In this document: positions 18,100 to 33,180 of the stretch, one piece after another
Layout: each line of letters opens with the position of its first letter
How positions within the stretch are numbered: the first letter of the stretch is position 1
Assembly: GCF_009914755.1 (NCBI RefSeq)
Contig: NC_060930.1
Reading direction: 5' to 3' (one strand)
DNA: 64,000 bases
Source of the DNA: the human T2T-CHM13v2.0 reference genome, Homo sapiens
Made by a program: the position numbers and the translations under genes
The notes under the pieces: generated by a model
Databases searched by the model: none
Seen by the model: the letters and a program-made list of their open reading frames with translations, nothing else
What the model was told of the DNA's origin: nothing

Positions 18100-18360
18100 T
18101 GATGATAACAGTGACTAATAACCATGAGCATTTACCATGTCATTTAACAGTGACTAATAACTATGTGCCAGGCCCTCTGTGAAGCCCCTTTTACAAGCAT
18201 TATCTCATTTGAATCTCACAACAGCCTCATAAGATTGGCGTGATTATTTACCCCAATTTACAGATGAGGAAATTGAGGTTCAAATGGAGCAAGCAGCTTG
18301 CCTGAGGCCACATGGCTAGCAAGTGGCTGAGCTGGGATCTGAACCTAGATCTGTGTGACG
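18100..18360 (-). mobile_element. MIR
   Basis: Core ccccaatttacagatgaggaaattgagg. Confidence 0.8.
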
Positions 18361-20981
18361 GTAAGACCTACTTGAAGCACAGGCTGAAGCCTCGCTGCCT
18401 GGTCACATATGGAGCTGTTACAGACAAGCCCTATTCTTGGTGGTTCCGGGTTGATAGTTCTGTGTTCTTTGGCCCCCTACTTAAACGGTGGTTCAAATAT
18501 TTTAGCACTTGCCCCCTCAACCTTCAGCTCTGTACCACCCCTCAGAAGTGATACATAAATTATAATCAACCATTTATCTAACTCAGAAGACCAAGGGAAA
18601 ACTTTCCTTGCTATAAAGAAACATTTTAGCCATGCTTAGTCACATACAGTTCTTTGCAGCTATTTTGCCTCTGGGTCATTTGGGTTTATTTGCAGATGTT
18701 GCCAAACGAATCAGAAATCTTGGGAAACGGTCTTTGGAGAAGGACAGCAATCAGAATGATTTTTTGTTAGTTTCTTCTCCCAGGAGAAACCTTTATAAAG
18801 TCAGAAATAAGTTTGTTTTCTTAAGACTTAAAATATGTTCTCTGAGCTCATTAAACTATCAGAACGTGAAGTCTAGACTCTGGTAATAGTATGACTTAGA
18901 CAGGATTTCTTTCCTTGTCTATCTTTGTCCAGTCTACTGGGGACTAGAAGAGATTGTTCTTTATCTGCTGGCCAGCCCAAAGACTGTGTGTGTGTTTTTG
19001 TGTAAGTGTGTGTGTATGGGGGTTCTGGATGAGGTGGTTACTTTTATTTTGTTATCCTTTATTTCTTTTCTTTCAAACTAAATCTACACCCCATTTTACA
19101 GGTGGAAACATTGAGTGTTTTGGTGACTGTAAACAATTTTCTCCATGGCGACTCAACTATGCAGGCTTATTACAAATGCTGTGCTTGTCTTCTCAAGAAA
19201 TCATTCCATTTAGTGAAAACGAGAGCTGTTATACAATGAGTTTTGAGGCTAATTTTAAAGCAAGTCATGTGTCCCTCCCATTGCTCTGACCCAAATATGA
19301 GACAGGGATTCAAAGTTGCACACAAAGAAAACCAAAATCAATCAGGAGGCTCTATATGAACAATTTAGTGGGTTACAGGAATGCAAGCTTCATTTTTCAG
19401 CCACTGCAATGCTTTATCACTTGACATTTATTTAGTGTTCTAGTTAGTGCCTGGGAGACTGTTGGGAAGGAACCTTGAGTCCCAAGCTGGAACCTGAGAC
19501 TGACCTTGGGTCACTTGTTCTCTCTGCACCTGGGTTTCCAGAGCAGTAAAGAGATGCTATTCTAACCTCTCTTGCAAAGATGCCTCTGTAGTGTGCTAAC
19601 CAACCACTGCGAATAGAGGTTTGAAGCCATGATCAGGAGCATTCTCTTGAAGGCCGATGGTGAAGGGAAAGGATAGAGACAGGGTTGCAGATAATCCTTA
19701 ATGCGGCCAGGGCTGAAGAGAGTTGGTGCAGACTGAAAGTGCCAGCGTAGACAAAATGGAAGTTCACCTCTAATTTCATTTGTCTGAACCCTTTCTTTCT
19801 GTCCAAAGTTAACTTTATGCAATCACTGGGCCCTGGGGAGCTTTCCTCCTCTCTTATTTCTCCAAACCAAAACCTGCTCCCAGGAAATAATCTGATAAAT
19901 TCAGTTGCATCATGGAGAATGGACAAACTGTTATCTTCTGCAAGCCCTCACATTGAAAGTCTTAAAGCAAAAGTAGTGTGTCAGTGTGCAATTCCAGGCA
20001 ACAGAGAAGATGGGGAAGAGAGGTGAAACCTGTGGTAGGGCAGGGAGTGTTGAGGAAAGTGTTAGGAAAGTTAGGGTCCCAGGAGGACAAGCATTGCCAG
20101 AAAGGCAGGCAGAAGTCATTAGCAAGGTATCCAGCGCCTGATGAAGCAGACCATGAAGCTAAGGAGATGAAGAGCAGAAAACCTTGAACAAAAGCTCATA
20201 TGGAAAGCTATTTGCTTTTTCCCTCAAGCAAAAGATTCAAGAAAAGCAAATGTGTATATAAAACTCATTCACTCATTCATTCGTTCACTCATTCATTCGT
20301 TCATTCATTCATTCATATAAAATTGTATTTACTATGTTCCAGGTATCAAAGAGCCAGGAAAAAGATAAAATCTCTGTCTGCATGGACCTTTCTCTCAGGC
20401 TAGTAGGTGAGGCTAACAACAAACAAATAATCTCAGGAGGTTGTAAGTGTTTTGAAAAAAAGTAAAACAGGGAAAGGAGATGAGAGGGTAATGGAGCTGG
20501 ATGAGGGGGTTAGGAAAGGTTCTTATGTATGGCTGCCTGAGTTAGCAAATAAAAATACAGGACACCAGGTAACTTTGAGTTTTAGATAGATGACAAATGC
20601 TTTTTCTTTCTTTTTCTTTTCTTTATTTCAATAGGTTTTGGGGAACAGGTGGTGGTTGGTTACATGGGTAAGTTCTTTAGTGGTGATTTCTGAGATTTTG
20701 GTGCACCCATCACCCAAGCAGTGTACACTGTACCCAATGTGTAGTCTTTTATCCCTCACCCCCTCCCACCCTTCCCCCAGGGTCCCCAAAGTCCATTGTA
20801 TCATTCTTATGCCTTTACCTCCTCATAGATTAGTTCCCACTTATAAGTGAGAATGTACGATGTTTGGTTTTCCATTCCTGAGGTACTTCACTTAGACTAA
20901 TGGTGTCCAATTCCATCCAGGTTGCTGTGAATGACATTATTCCATTCCTTTTTATTGCTGAATAGTATTCCATGGTGTATG

Positions 20982-21085
20982 TATATATATCTATATATCT
21001 ATATATATCTATATCTATATCTGTATATATCTATATCTATATCTATATCTATATCTATATCTATATCTATATCTATATCTATATC
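20982..21085. repeat. (TATATC)n hexanucleotide microsatellite
   Basis: Directly visible; source of the ISISIS ORF. Confidence 0.95.
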
Positions 21086-21089
21086 AACG

Positions 21090-21738
<649 letters not shown>

Positions 21739-23085
21739 TAGTAGTATTCCATTGTGGTTTTGACTTGTATTTCCCTGATAATTAGTGATGTTGAGCATTT
21801 TTTCATGTTTGTTGGCCATGACAATTTTTTTTTTTAGTATCAATATGTCCCATGCAATATTTGGGACATACATGTGCAAAAATATTACTCATTTATCTGA
21901 AATTCAAATTTAACTAGACGTCTTGAATTTTATCACATAACTCTCTCTACTCCCATGAGGCCCCCATGAATGAGGTGAGGTTGTATCCCAGGAGATAACA
22001 GTAAGTGCAAAGTTTTCCAGGCAGAAATTGATCCTAGTTTGCTCAGGAAGAAACCCTGTGTGGCTGAAATAGAGGGAATGGGGACGGGGAAAGGTGGGGG
22101 TTTGGGGGTGGTAAAGATGACCCAGTGGAGGTGGGCAGGGGCCAGATCTTGTGGGGCTCCAGGCAAGTGTGAAGAGTTTGCATTTTATTCTGATCTTTGG
22201 AGTTTTAAAGAAAGCTCTCTCAGTACTACAAAGTATTCATTTCCATGAATATTCCAATATAGTACTGTATTTCCCAAAGCAGTCTCCACTGACATTAAGA
22301 ACAGACTTTATGATAGGAGAGAGTAGGTGCCCCTGCCCTGGGAGAAAAAGAGTGATATCCCCTCTAACTCCACCTGACCTCCCTTCTCTCCCTCCACCCC
22401 ATTCACACTTTCTTCAGTTTTCCTAACACCATTTCACAAAACCTTAATAAATGAGCTTAAAATGTTACTGGGAGAAAAGACTTAGGTACTCAAATTCTTA
22501 CTAGAAGGTAAGTGACTGCTAGACTGCATATAGTATAGATTAGGTGAAGATGAGAAAATAATGAAAAAGGGAAATTTGACAGTGCTGGCCAAGTGCTGGC
22601 AGCTTGGCTAGTTTGCCTACCTGTGACCCTGAGAGTGAGAGTGTTTGCTGAGTAGAAATGAAATCCAATTCTCCCATTCTCTGTGGTGAGATGGCTAAGA
22701 AGCTCTCATGGAAGGGAATTCATTGGGAACCAGGCTGCCTGGGAACTGATACTGCCAGATGGCAGAGTAGTCAAAACAGTTAGCTATAAAGCCCACACTG
22801 TTTTGGAAAAGGCTGAACTTGCATCCCTGCTGCAGACCTCAGTGGGCTCCCATCTAATGTTTCCTGCCTCCTCTGCCTTTTGCCTCAGTTGATCATGGGT
22901 GACTCAGTGCTCATCTCTGGCAATTCACTCTTTGCAGGGATTTATCTTTCTGAACCAGCCTCCTCTCTGGCCTTCTATTAAAATATATTCTATGTCAACA
23001 GAAGAGTCTTGACTGTATTTCTATGGGAGAGTTTCTCTACCTTACTTTTCATGCAATGTGGGATTTTTCATACCTAATAAAAATC

Positions 23086-23389
<304 letters not shown>

Positions 23390-24079
23390 TAATAATAATC
23401 TTTTAGCTAAACAGAAGAGTGACCATGCTCTCCATCTTACAGATAGGGGAAGTGACTGAGAGAACTGACTTGCCTCAGGTTTCCAGAGTAGTAAGTGGCA
23501 GAGCATAAATTTGGACCTCTTATTTGTCTTTTCTAACACACTAGGGGTTGTTAATTTGTTTGAAAAATATTTAATGATTTGAGCAAGATTGCACGGCTTC
23601 ATGCCTCCCTCTAAAATCAAAATGTTCTTTTTCTATAGAAACCAAGAGCAGTATCTACAGTAGAAAGAGCTTTGCTCTCATTTTTTTATTTAAAAAAGTG
23701 TTTATTTCAAATAGATTGAATCACTAGGTGATGGGCTGATTCTTTCAAAAAAATTTAATGACCTCCCCATTATACAAACAATAAATGTTTATTGCAGTAA
23801 CTTTAAAAAAGTTAGAAAGCCACAAAGGGAAAAATAAAAATCACCTATAATTCACCCACCCAGATATAATTGCTATTGACATGTTGATACGTATTCCTCC
23901 AATCTTTTTCATACACATGTAAATGTAGTTTAACAGATTGGAAGAAATGTGCTATAAAATGGTTGATAACTTACTTTTTTATTTAATGATACTTCCATGA
24001 CCATTTTCTAACATTGTTAAATTTTTTCCAAAATATGTTTGATCAGAGCATACTGTCTAACCTATGAATGATACACCTA

Positions 24080-24514
<435 letters not shown>

Positions 24515-25584
24515 TTAGTGTTGTTTCCACTCAGTGATTTGTCTAGATCTTGCTTGGAGAAAAATAAAAACTGGGTAAAAAACAGAGATAGTTAATAGAC
24601 ATTAGTTTGATTTTTGTCTGTTGGAGAAGGGAAAAGAACAAGGCCACTGATTTCAAATGTCTCTTCTGTAAAGGTCATTTGCTCCCCCGTACTCTTAGTT
24701 CTATTTCCGCTAACTTGGCTCTTGCACTATCATCCCTGTAGCCCCAGCTTTCCATCCTGCCACTGCCTTCAGCTGCAATTCTTTGTTTTTGCCCTACTCA
24801 TCACCTTGGAACCTACCTCCCAGGTCTCACCAGCTGCTGATGGATGTTTTCTGTCTCTGCTCAGTGCCTGAAAACTTATTTCTCAGGGCAGTCGATGAGG
24901 GATCCTTATCACAGTATCTGGAGTCATGCCCATAAAGCTCTTTGGCAAATCATTGCACTGTGTTACCTGTGGGTACATCCCCACAACCCGGCTAGTGTTG
25001 ACCTCGTGGGGAGGGTAATAAGCTTAGGGATTATTCCCAGTATTGTGACTTATGGATTTCTTTCATTTCTTCACTGGACTGAGCTACTATCTCTCCATTC
25101 TCTTCTTATTAGGAGCTGTTTGTTAGTTCTAATAACAACTAGAAAAACTGTGGTGATTGTTAGTCCCAAGCTATAATCTGAGGAACAGTTAAGAGAGGTC
25201 ATAAAATCAAATAAGGTTAGACTGAGTGCCTTTAAAAAAAATCTCAGTTGTTGCAGGGTTCTAAAAATAGTTTCCAATGCCATCCTTCACCTTCACAATT
25301 ATTTTTGTCTTCAGTTCTAAATGTGAAAGGTACAGAGCAGCAAATTTATACATTAACTTCATAGGAGAACAGAAAGCTCATTAATTCTTAACATTGGTGG
25401 GATTTGATGGTTCACCATCATATGCTCTGTTCCGAAATATGTCTGGGTCCACTTTTCTGAGATGATTAAGATGTCCTACTGACAACCTCAGGGCTATTAA
25501 AAACACAGTGCCCTTCATATGTGAGATAAGGTTACAGCTCCCACAAGGGAGGGTTTGGGCAACATCAACGTTAATCATCTCATG

Positions 25585-26000
25585 TTCATTCATTCACAAA
25601 TTCATTTATTCTAATATTTGAGACTCTCCTATGTGGCAGGCAAAAGAAAAAGCCCTTGATTTCAATATAGATACAACACAATGGAAATATTACAGAGAAA
25701 AATAAAGCCAAGTCAAAGAGAGGTGTGTGTGGGGAGGGATGTGAGGAATGATATTTTAGATCTGGTAGTTGGGGAGGCCTCTCTGGGAAGGTGGCATTTA
25801 AGTGCAGGGACAAGCCATGCAAATAAACATCTGGAGGTGAGAACAAAGGCCTTGAGATGGAAGTGGCTCCTCTAGAGAACCAGGCAAGAGGTGAGGGCAG
25901 CTGAATGTGGTGAGCAAGGAAGAGGATGGGACATGTGAGAGGGGTCAGGGCCAGCTCCAGGAGCCTGTAGGCCATGGAAAGGCATAGGATTTTATTCTCC
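25585..26000 (-). mobile_element. L2 3' fragment
   Basis: ttcattcattca...ggggaggcctctctgggaaggtggcatttaag...ttttattc. Confidence 0.7.
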
Positions 26001-26522
26001 GTGAAGCAAGTGCCTAGAGGTGGCTCCCAGACACAGGCAAGCTAGTGACCTCAAGGGGGCCTTGGTCCTGCTCCATCTGAAGAGCTGATTCATTAGACTT
26101 TTGCAGTCCCTGATCCCAGGAGCTACAACCTTAGATTGCCAGGGAACTGGAAGCATTTAATTAGGGATTCTGGGGAGAAGCTGTGGGTCCTGTGATAAGG
26201 TCCCTGTGGCTGCAAGACCCACCCTCCTGGAGGTTTCATGATTCAGATGAGCTGTTCTGGCACTCTGGGTCCACTAGAAGCTGATGGGATTTTTAACAGA
26301 ATGTTATTCCCACTGTGCCACCAGCAGGTTTTTATGGCCTCATGTGACCATTAACTGTTGCGTGGGGATCATAATTCTAAGAGACCCCCCTGGAGACCAT
26401 ATGGTCTGTATCTATTTTCTTGAATCCTAGAACCATGCTGAGGTTTAGGAGGTTAGGTAACTTAACAAGGGCACATGGTTATTGAGTGATGGCAGGATTT
26501 CATCTCTGATCTAATTGGCTGG

Positions 26523-26897
26523 TGATATGGTTTGGCTCTGTGTTCCCACCAGAATCTCATCTTGAATTGTAATCCCCATAATCCCCCATGTGTTGAGGGT
26601 GGGACCTGGTGGGAGGCGATTGGATCATGGGGTTGGTTTCCTCCATGCTGTTCTCATGATAGTAACTTCTCACGAGATCTGATAAGGTTTCATAAGAGGC
26701 CCTTCCCCCTTCACTTCCTTCACACGCTCTCGTCTGCTGCCATGTTAAGACATGCCTACTTCCCCTTCTGCCATGATTGTAAGCTTCCTGAGGCCTCCAC
26801 AGCCATGCAGAACTGTGAGTCAATTAAACCTCTTTTGTTTATAAATTACCCAGTCTTGCGTAGTATCTTTACAGCAGTGTGCAAATGGACTGATACA
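26523..26897 (+). mobile_element. THE1D/MST-family solo LTR, full length
   Basis: tgatatggtttggctctgtgt...ggactgataca; 5-bp TSD gctgg (26518-26522, 26898-26902). Confidence 0.9.
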
Positions 26898-28065
26898 GCT
26901 GGAAAGCTTGTTTTCCCCGTTATGCACCACACTAATATTTCCCAAATACTTCCATTCATTCATCAAAACATTTATTGAACATCTGCTATGTATTCAGTGC
27001 TGGGCACACTACAGGGATGCAGAGACAAATGAGACAATTCCTGCCCTCAAGTGTCTTGGAATCAAGTGGGTTGTTTAGAATATACACTCTATCTTCCAGG
27101 ATGAAGTGAGATTATAACACACAGCCCCACTTTTAGACTTTCTGAATGGAGATTTGTCTTATCCTTATAAAGGAACTTCGCCAGCTGCCAGGCAGGACAA
27201 TGAGGTACTTGTCCATACCTGTCATTGTGCATCTGCCATTGTCACGCATGAAAATCATCCATTGATCCATCTGTCCTCAGTTACCGTTGGCATGTACTAC
27301 CATTCTGTGCATTTCACTCACATTTGGATCCTTGTAACTCTCAAAGAGATCACACTGCGATTCAGGACTAAACTGAAAAGTCATCAGTTGCCCATCACAC
27401 AGGAACAATGCAGCTGAAGGCAGTGGGAATTGCTAAGTCTCTGAGTGCTCACAGAATTGTCAGGGCCAAGCGTAGGCCTGACTCATGAATGGCGGACTAT
27501 CATTTAGGTGGAGAACAGAAGCTTCAGATAATCAGAAGCTTCCAGATAATTTTTTAGAGATGTGAAACTTCCAGGAATATCTTATTTGGTTGAGACAATA
27601 GGAACTACCCATTTAACCACATAGGTAAAACTCCAGTATCTTTTGACGTGCCTCCAAATTATCTTTACAAGTACCTAAGAGATTATTCTCACATCAGAAT
27701 TCTGATTGTTGCCGTCAGCATACTTCCTATAATTTGTAATTGTCTTTGTCCTTCACCCAAAATGAGGTTATCTTTTCATTTGTTGTTTCCCCAGCACTGG
27801 CAAGATGCCTGGAGCTGCGAAGGCCCTCGGTGAATGCTGCAGGATTGCAAGCAAGGGTTGGGGAGAGCAGCATGCTTCTGAGATTCTGTAGACCTAACCA
27901 TGGCCAAAATGATTTTGAACTGTCTTTAATGTCTGGCAGGAGCTTAATCTCAGAAGCTTCACTCTTATTATTTAAAAAGTGCTACATAGTTGTATAAACA
28001 TGATACTACTCAGTTTTTAAATACAGAATTACAAACATGTAATGTGTTATCTCAAAAAAAGTTTA

Positions 28066-28373
<308 letters not shown>

Positions 28374-30489
28374 TAGGTATTACTCGGTAATTACTTTTAT
28401 GACTTGGCAGTTTCTTTTGCTCAATGGCATCACAGAATGAATGAAATAGTATTTGAAGGATTTTCCCTATGTCTCTTCGCTAATCCGTGAGCGGAACATC
28501 CTCACTAGATAATGTGGACTTTATAAATAATTTACAATCACATTGATGTCACCATAGACAGACTATTGTCCTGGTTAGAAATGTCACATTGTCCTGGTTA
28601 GCCAGGACAATGTGAGTCCCTGTAGCTGTAATTGTGTCTAGAGGGGTGGGTCTGAGGGAGCGCTTTCTGTACTGTCTCCCTGCCTAGTGAGCTCCAATGC
28701 CTGGCATCAGCTTTGGACCAGGAAAGCCCATTTGAACTCTGGTGTCAAACTTACCTTGGGCAGGTCATTTATCCTCTCTGGATTTCAACTTTCTCATCTG
28801 CAAAACGGGGAAGAGAGCTGCCAATACCTAGACACTGGGAGGAAGGTACCTTGGCGTCTCATGCTTGAGAGGTGCTCTGCATCTGACTTCTTTCTAAAAC
28901 ACCTTCTGGAAACTGCTTTCTAGAACACCTTCTGAGCCAGCAGTGAATCCCTGGTGAGCCTGCTAGTGAGTCTCAGTAATTTGGAAGGTCACTGAGAACA
29001 CCATGCTATTTAATTCAGATCATGAGAAAAACTGCTATCTCTAGAAAAGTACTCCTTCTCTGGTACAGTTATTTCATCAACCTTTCATTTTTTTCCTTCT
29101 ATCCAAATTTTATACTTTCATCTACTCTATTCCTACCTCAACTTCTTCAGAAACTTCAAGTCCCACCACAGGTCCTGGGACACAGTCTATTCTCACTTGG
29201 ATCCTGGGCCAGTGTGGACACTTGGGAGGCTGTTTAATCCCTTGATCTCATTCCATAAAGAAACACATTTAAATCACCTCCCATCAATTTTTTCCCCAAT
29301 TGAGGTAAATGTAAAATGAGTTGTAAAAAAATATGTAACATTCTTTCTCAAATGTATTCTCCAAACATTAGGAAATAATGCAAAAGAGGCCAAATGAAAG
29401 TGTGATATAGTGAATACGGTTGCAGAGAGTCTCGCTTAATTTCACATTCACTTATTCACCTGCAGGCAGCTTTCCTGAGCAGTGCTGTGGTCCACACAGG
29501 AAGGTCTTACCGGCCGCAGTCCTAGACAGAAGTTCCCTGTGTGCAGGCCTCCTTGCATTGACTGTACGCTGTGTGTAACATTTAACCTTTAAGACGTATT
29601 GGAAGCAAGTTCTACTTTATGTCAATGTCCTGAAAAGGAAAGGAACTAGAAGTAAATCAGGGCTATGCTGGAGTGCTACTTTGGAATCACGAATGTTCAA
29701 GATGGAAGGAACCAGGGCACTCCCACAACCCCCTCCTTGTAGAGGAGACCCAGAGTCATGATGTGCCTCACCAGAATCACATGCCAGTTAGTGCCAGAAC
29801 AGATAATTTTTGTTCTTGAGTGACAACTTATGACTAGACAATTCTCATATTAAAACCATTTTGTAAGTCAAGTGAATTGAAGACATCCAATTTGTCCATT
29901 TTTTTGGAGAAATTTGAGTTATCTTATTAAATGCTAGTATTAACTGAGTTTTAACCAAGGATACTTTAGTGAAAATAATGTATTGGGTAATAAAATTTTA
30001 AATCTCATGCCAAATTGATTAACACACATCTTCCTTGCTTAGTTACCTACCTGGTAATAAACCACTCTTAACAGTAAGTGCCTGTTAGGGTAAAGCCCTG
30101 TGCTAAAAGCTTTCTTTCATTTCTGCATTCAATTCCAGCAATATTAGCTAAGCATCCGTATCTCTTTTTTATAGTTGAGGAAACTGAGGTTCAGAAAAGA
30201 GATAACTTGCTTGTGGTCCCACAGTAGTAAATAGCAAAGCCTTTCTAACAGGTATGCTATGCCACCTCCAAACACACATAGAATTCTTCTAGCATCGACA
30301 GAGGTGTCCCATCTGTGCCCTAGGATATGTATCCTTCTATACTCAGTTCTAAAGTAAAGGTGTAATTTAGGTTCTAGCTTGGGGCCATCACAATTTCCCT
30401 CTCCCATTGCCCTTAAGAAAGTAGCTTTGTGTGCTTAGGATTTGGATTCTGACTGTTCCCTTGTTAAGATCATGGGGTGACATTTGGCC

Positions 30490-30792
<303 letters not shown>

Positions 30793-30950
30793 CTGGCCTT
30801 GGTTTTAAAATACACTTAACCCAGTACTCCTAGAGGGCTGGAGCTCTGCAGGAATGGCACAGGCAGCAGGCAGTTGGGACTTGGTCAACCCCTAACCATG
30901 TAGCCTTCCTGGAGGACTGAGAGCCACAGCAATTAATAAGGGAGCAGGGT

Positions 30951-31305
<355 letters not shown>

Positions 31306-32599
31306 CTACAAACAGGCACCTGTTTCACTGGGAACATTGTCAAGGGGAAAGCACACAATTTGCTGAAAAGTGGTAGCTTGGTTAAAACATTGTCAAATTC
31401 ATCCAAGGGAAACCTGCATCTATGCCCATTATTTGAACAAAGAACACCAGTAGGAATGTGTGGACACAATCATTTAAGAAATATTTGTTTATGAGCCAAT
31501 GTGGGATTTCAATCCCGACTCATCCCATCAGGGGTCCCGTTTTCAGATTTCAAATGCCATCTCTTTGGTGAGGAGCAATTTTCTGGCAAAGGTCTGAGGT
31601 ACCCTTTGAACCTGCCCTATCTGACAGAAGACTCCATCAGCTTATAACTGAGACTAATGTGAGTCCTGGTTCTCGTTATCATCATGTTCTGGCTCCTCCC
31701 TGGCACTGCTGGTGATGGGAGCAGGACGGCTAGGGCACAGGCCAGTGACAGGAGGCTCTGCTCAGAATGGTTCCTTTACACATAATCACTACTTCCTCTG
31801 GGAGCTCTGAACAACATTCTACACATTTCATCAAGGAGAACACCCAGACAAATTCCACTCTCTTCCCACTTGACCTCATTTTTAAAACAAGCAGTTTCAC
31901 CCACAGATCCACTCGAGTGCAGTGTGTCATCTCCCTCTGGGCCTTCTATGCATTTGCTCATACTGGTTCCTGTATGTGGAATGCTGTCTTCCCAGCACCT
32001 TCAGGCTCCAACTACTGAAACCCAGATGGTCTCTGAATGCTCAGATTAAAAGCCAACTCCTTTACAGTGCTTTTCTTACCCACCCTTGCTAGAAGGGTTC
32101 TCCCTCCCTGGACTCTCATGGTAGCTGGTTTATACCAGTTTACGGCAGTCACCACAACCATTTTACACAGAAGGCACATGTGTGTATGTTTGATCCCAAT
32201 TCAGTAGAGGCTCCTGCGAGGGCCGGTTGTTTTCTCACAGATCCCTGTTTGCTCAATACACCTAGCTCAGTCCTCTGTACCAAGCACTCTCCCAGTGAAC
32301 AAGGTCACATTCTGCAAAGGCCTGGCCAACAGAGTAACATAAATGGGGCAACAGACAGGGTGGTAGGTACTGTTCAGGAGAGTCCTGATTATGTGAGAAA
32401 GGGAAGCATTACAACTGGGTCTCTGTCACCACTACATTAGCCATTCACTGGATCCTGCACTGCTTGTTCCTACAATTTCCACCCCAGAAGTCTTCCTTGA
32501 TCTGATCAAGAGTCGAATCCAGACATCCTCTGCAAGCTATAGCAAAAACTGGCCCAGGAACTTTCTTTTCATGAGCCATAAACATACCGAAGAAAGAGA

Positions 32600-33180
32600 G
32601 AAGATAAGGACTACAAAAATGTCAAGGATAACAAAAGCAGGTTTTAAATCTATGCCTGGAGTAAGAACTAATGGCCAATGAAGCAATGCTGAAGAGCAGA
32701 GCAAAAAACTGACAGCAACCACTATTTGGCTCCATCTGCTCCACTGAGGACAATCATTTCCAAATTAAAGAGTGTAAAGAAAAACCTGGTTAGGATTTGA
32801 AGTCCAAGAGTGATAAGGGGATAGCAGGAAACACCTGTTTTAAACGAGTTCTCATGAAAGACATGTCAGTCGCTGAAACAACCTGTGGATATGACTGCAG
32901 AATTGTTGTCAGAACTCCAGGGAAACAATGAACGAAGTCCAGATACTGATAATCACTGCCCTATTTTCCAAAGTAGATTCTAAAAACTCCAGAATGGTGA
33001 ACTTAATGTAAAACTCTGGCAAAATCAGGAATAATATAGACGGTGAACATTTGACTCCTAACAATTGCTGATTTCTTTTCAACACTGATTTAACAAAGAA
33101 AATGTCACACGAAATAACTTCCTTCCCTTTTTTTGGATAGGATTACTAGAGCAGCCAACCAGGGAAATAACAGTGAAACA
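32600..33180 (+). mobile_element. Highly diverged CR1/L3 ORF2 fragment
   Basis: Blocks resembling L3 consensus (ttttaaacgagttc, ggatatgactgc, ctggcaaaatc, ttttttggataggattactaga); by eye only. Confidence 0.5.
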
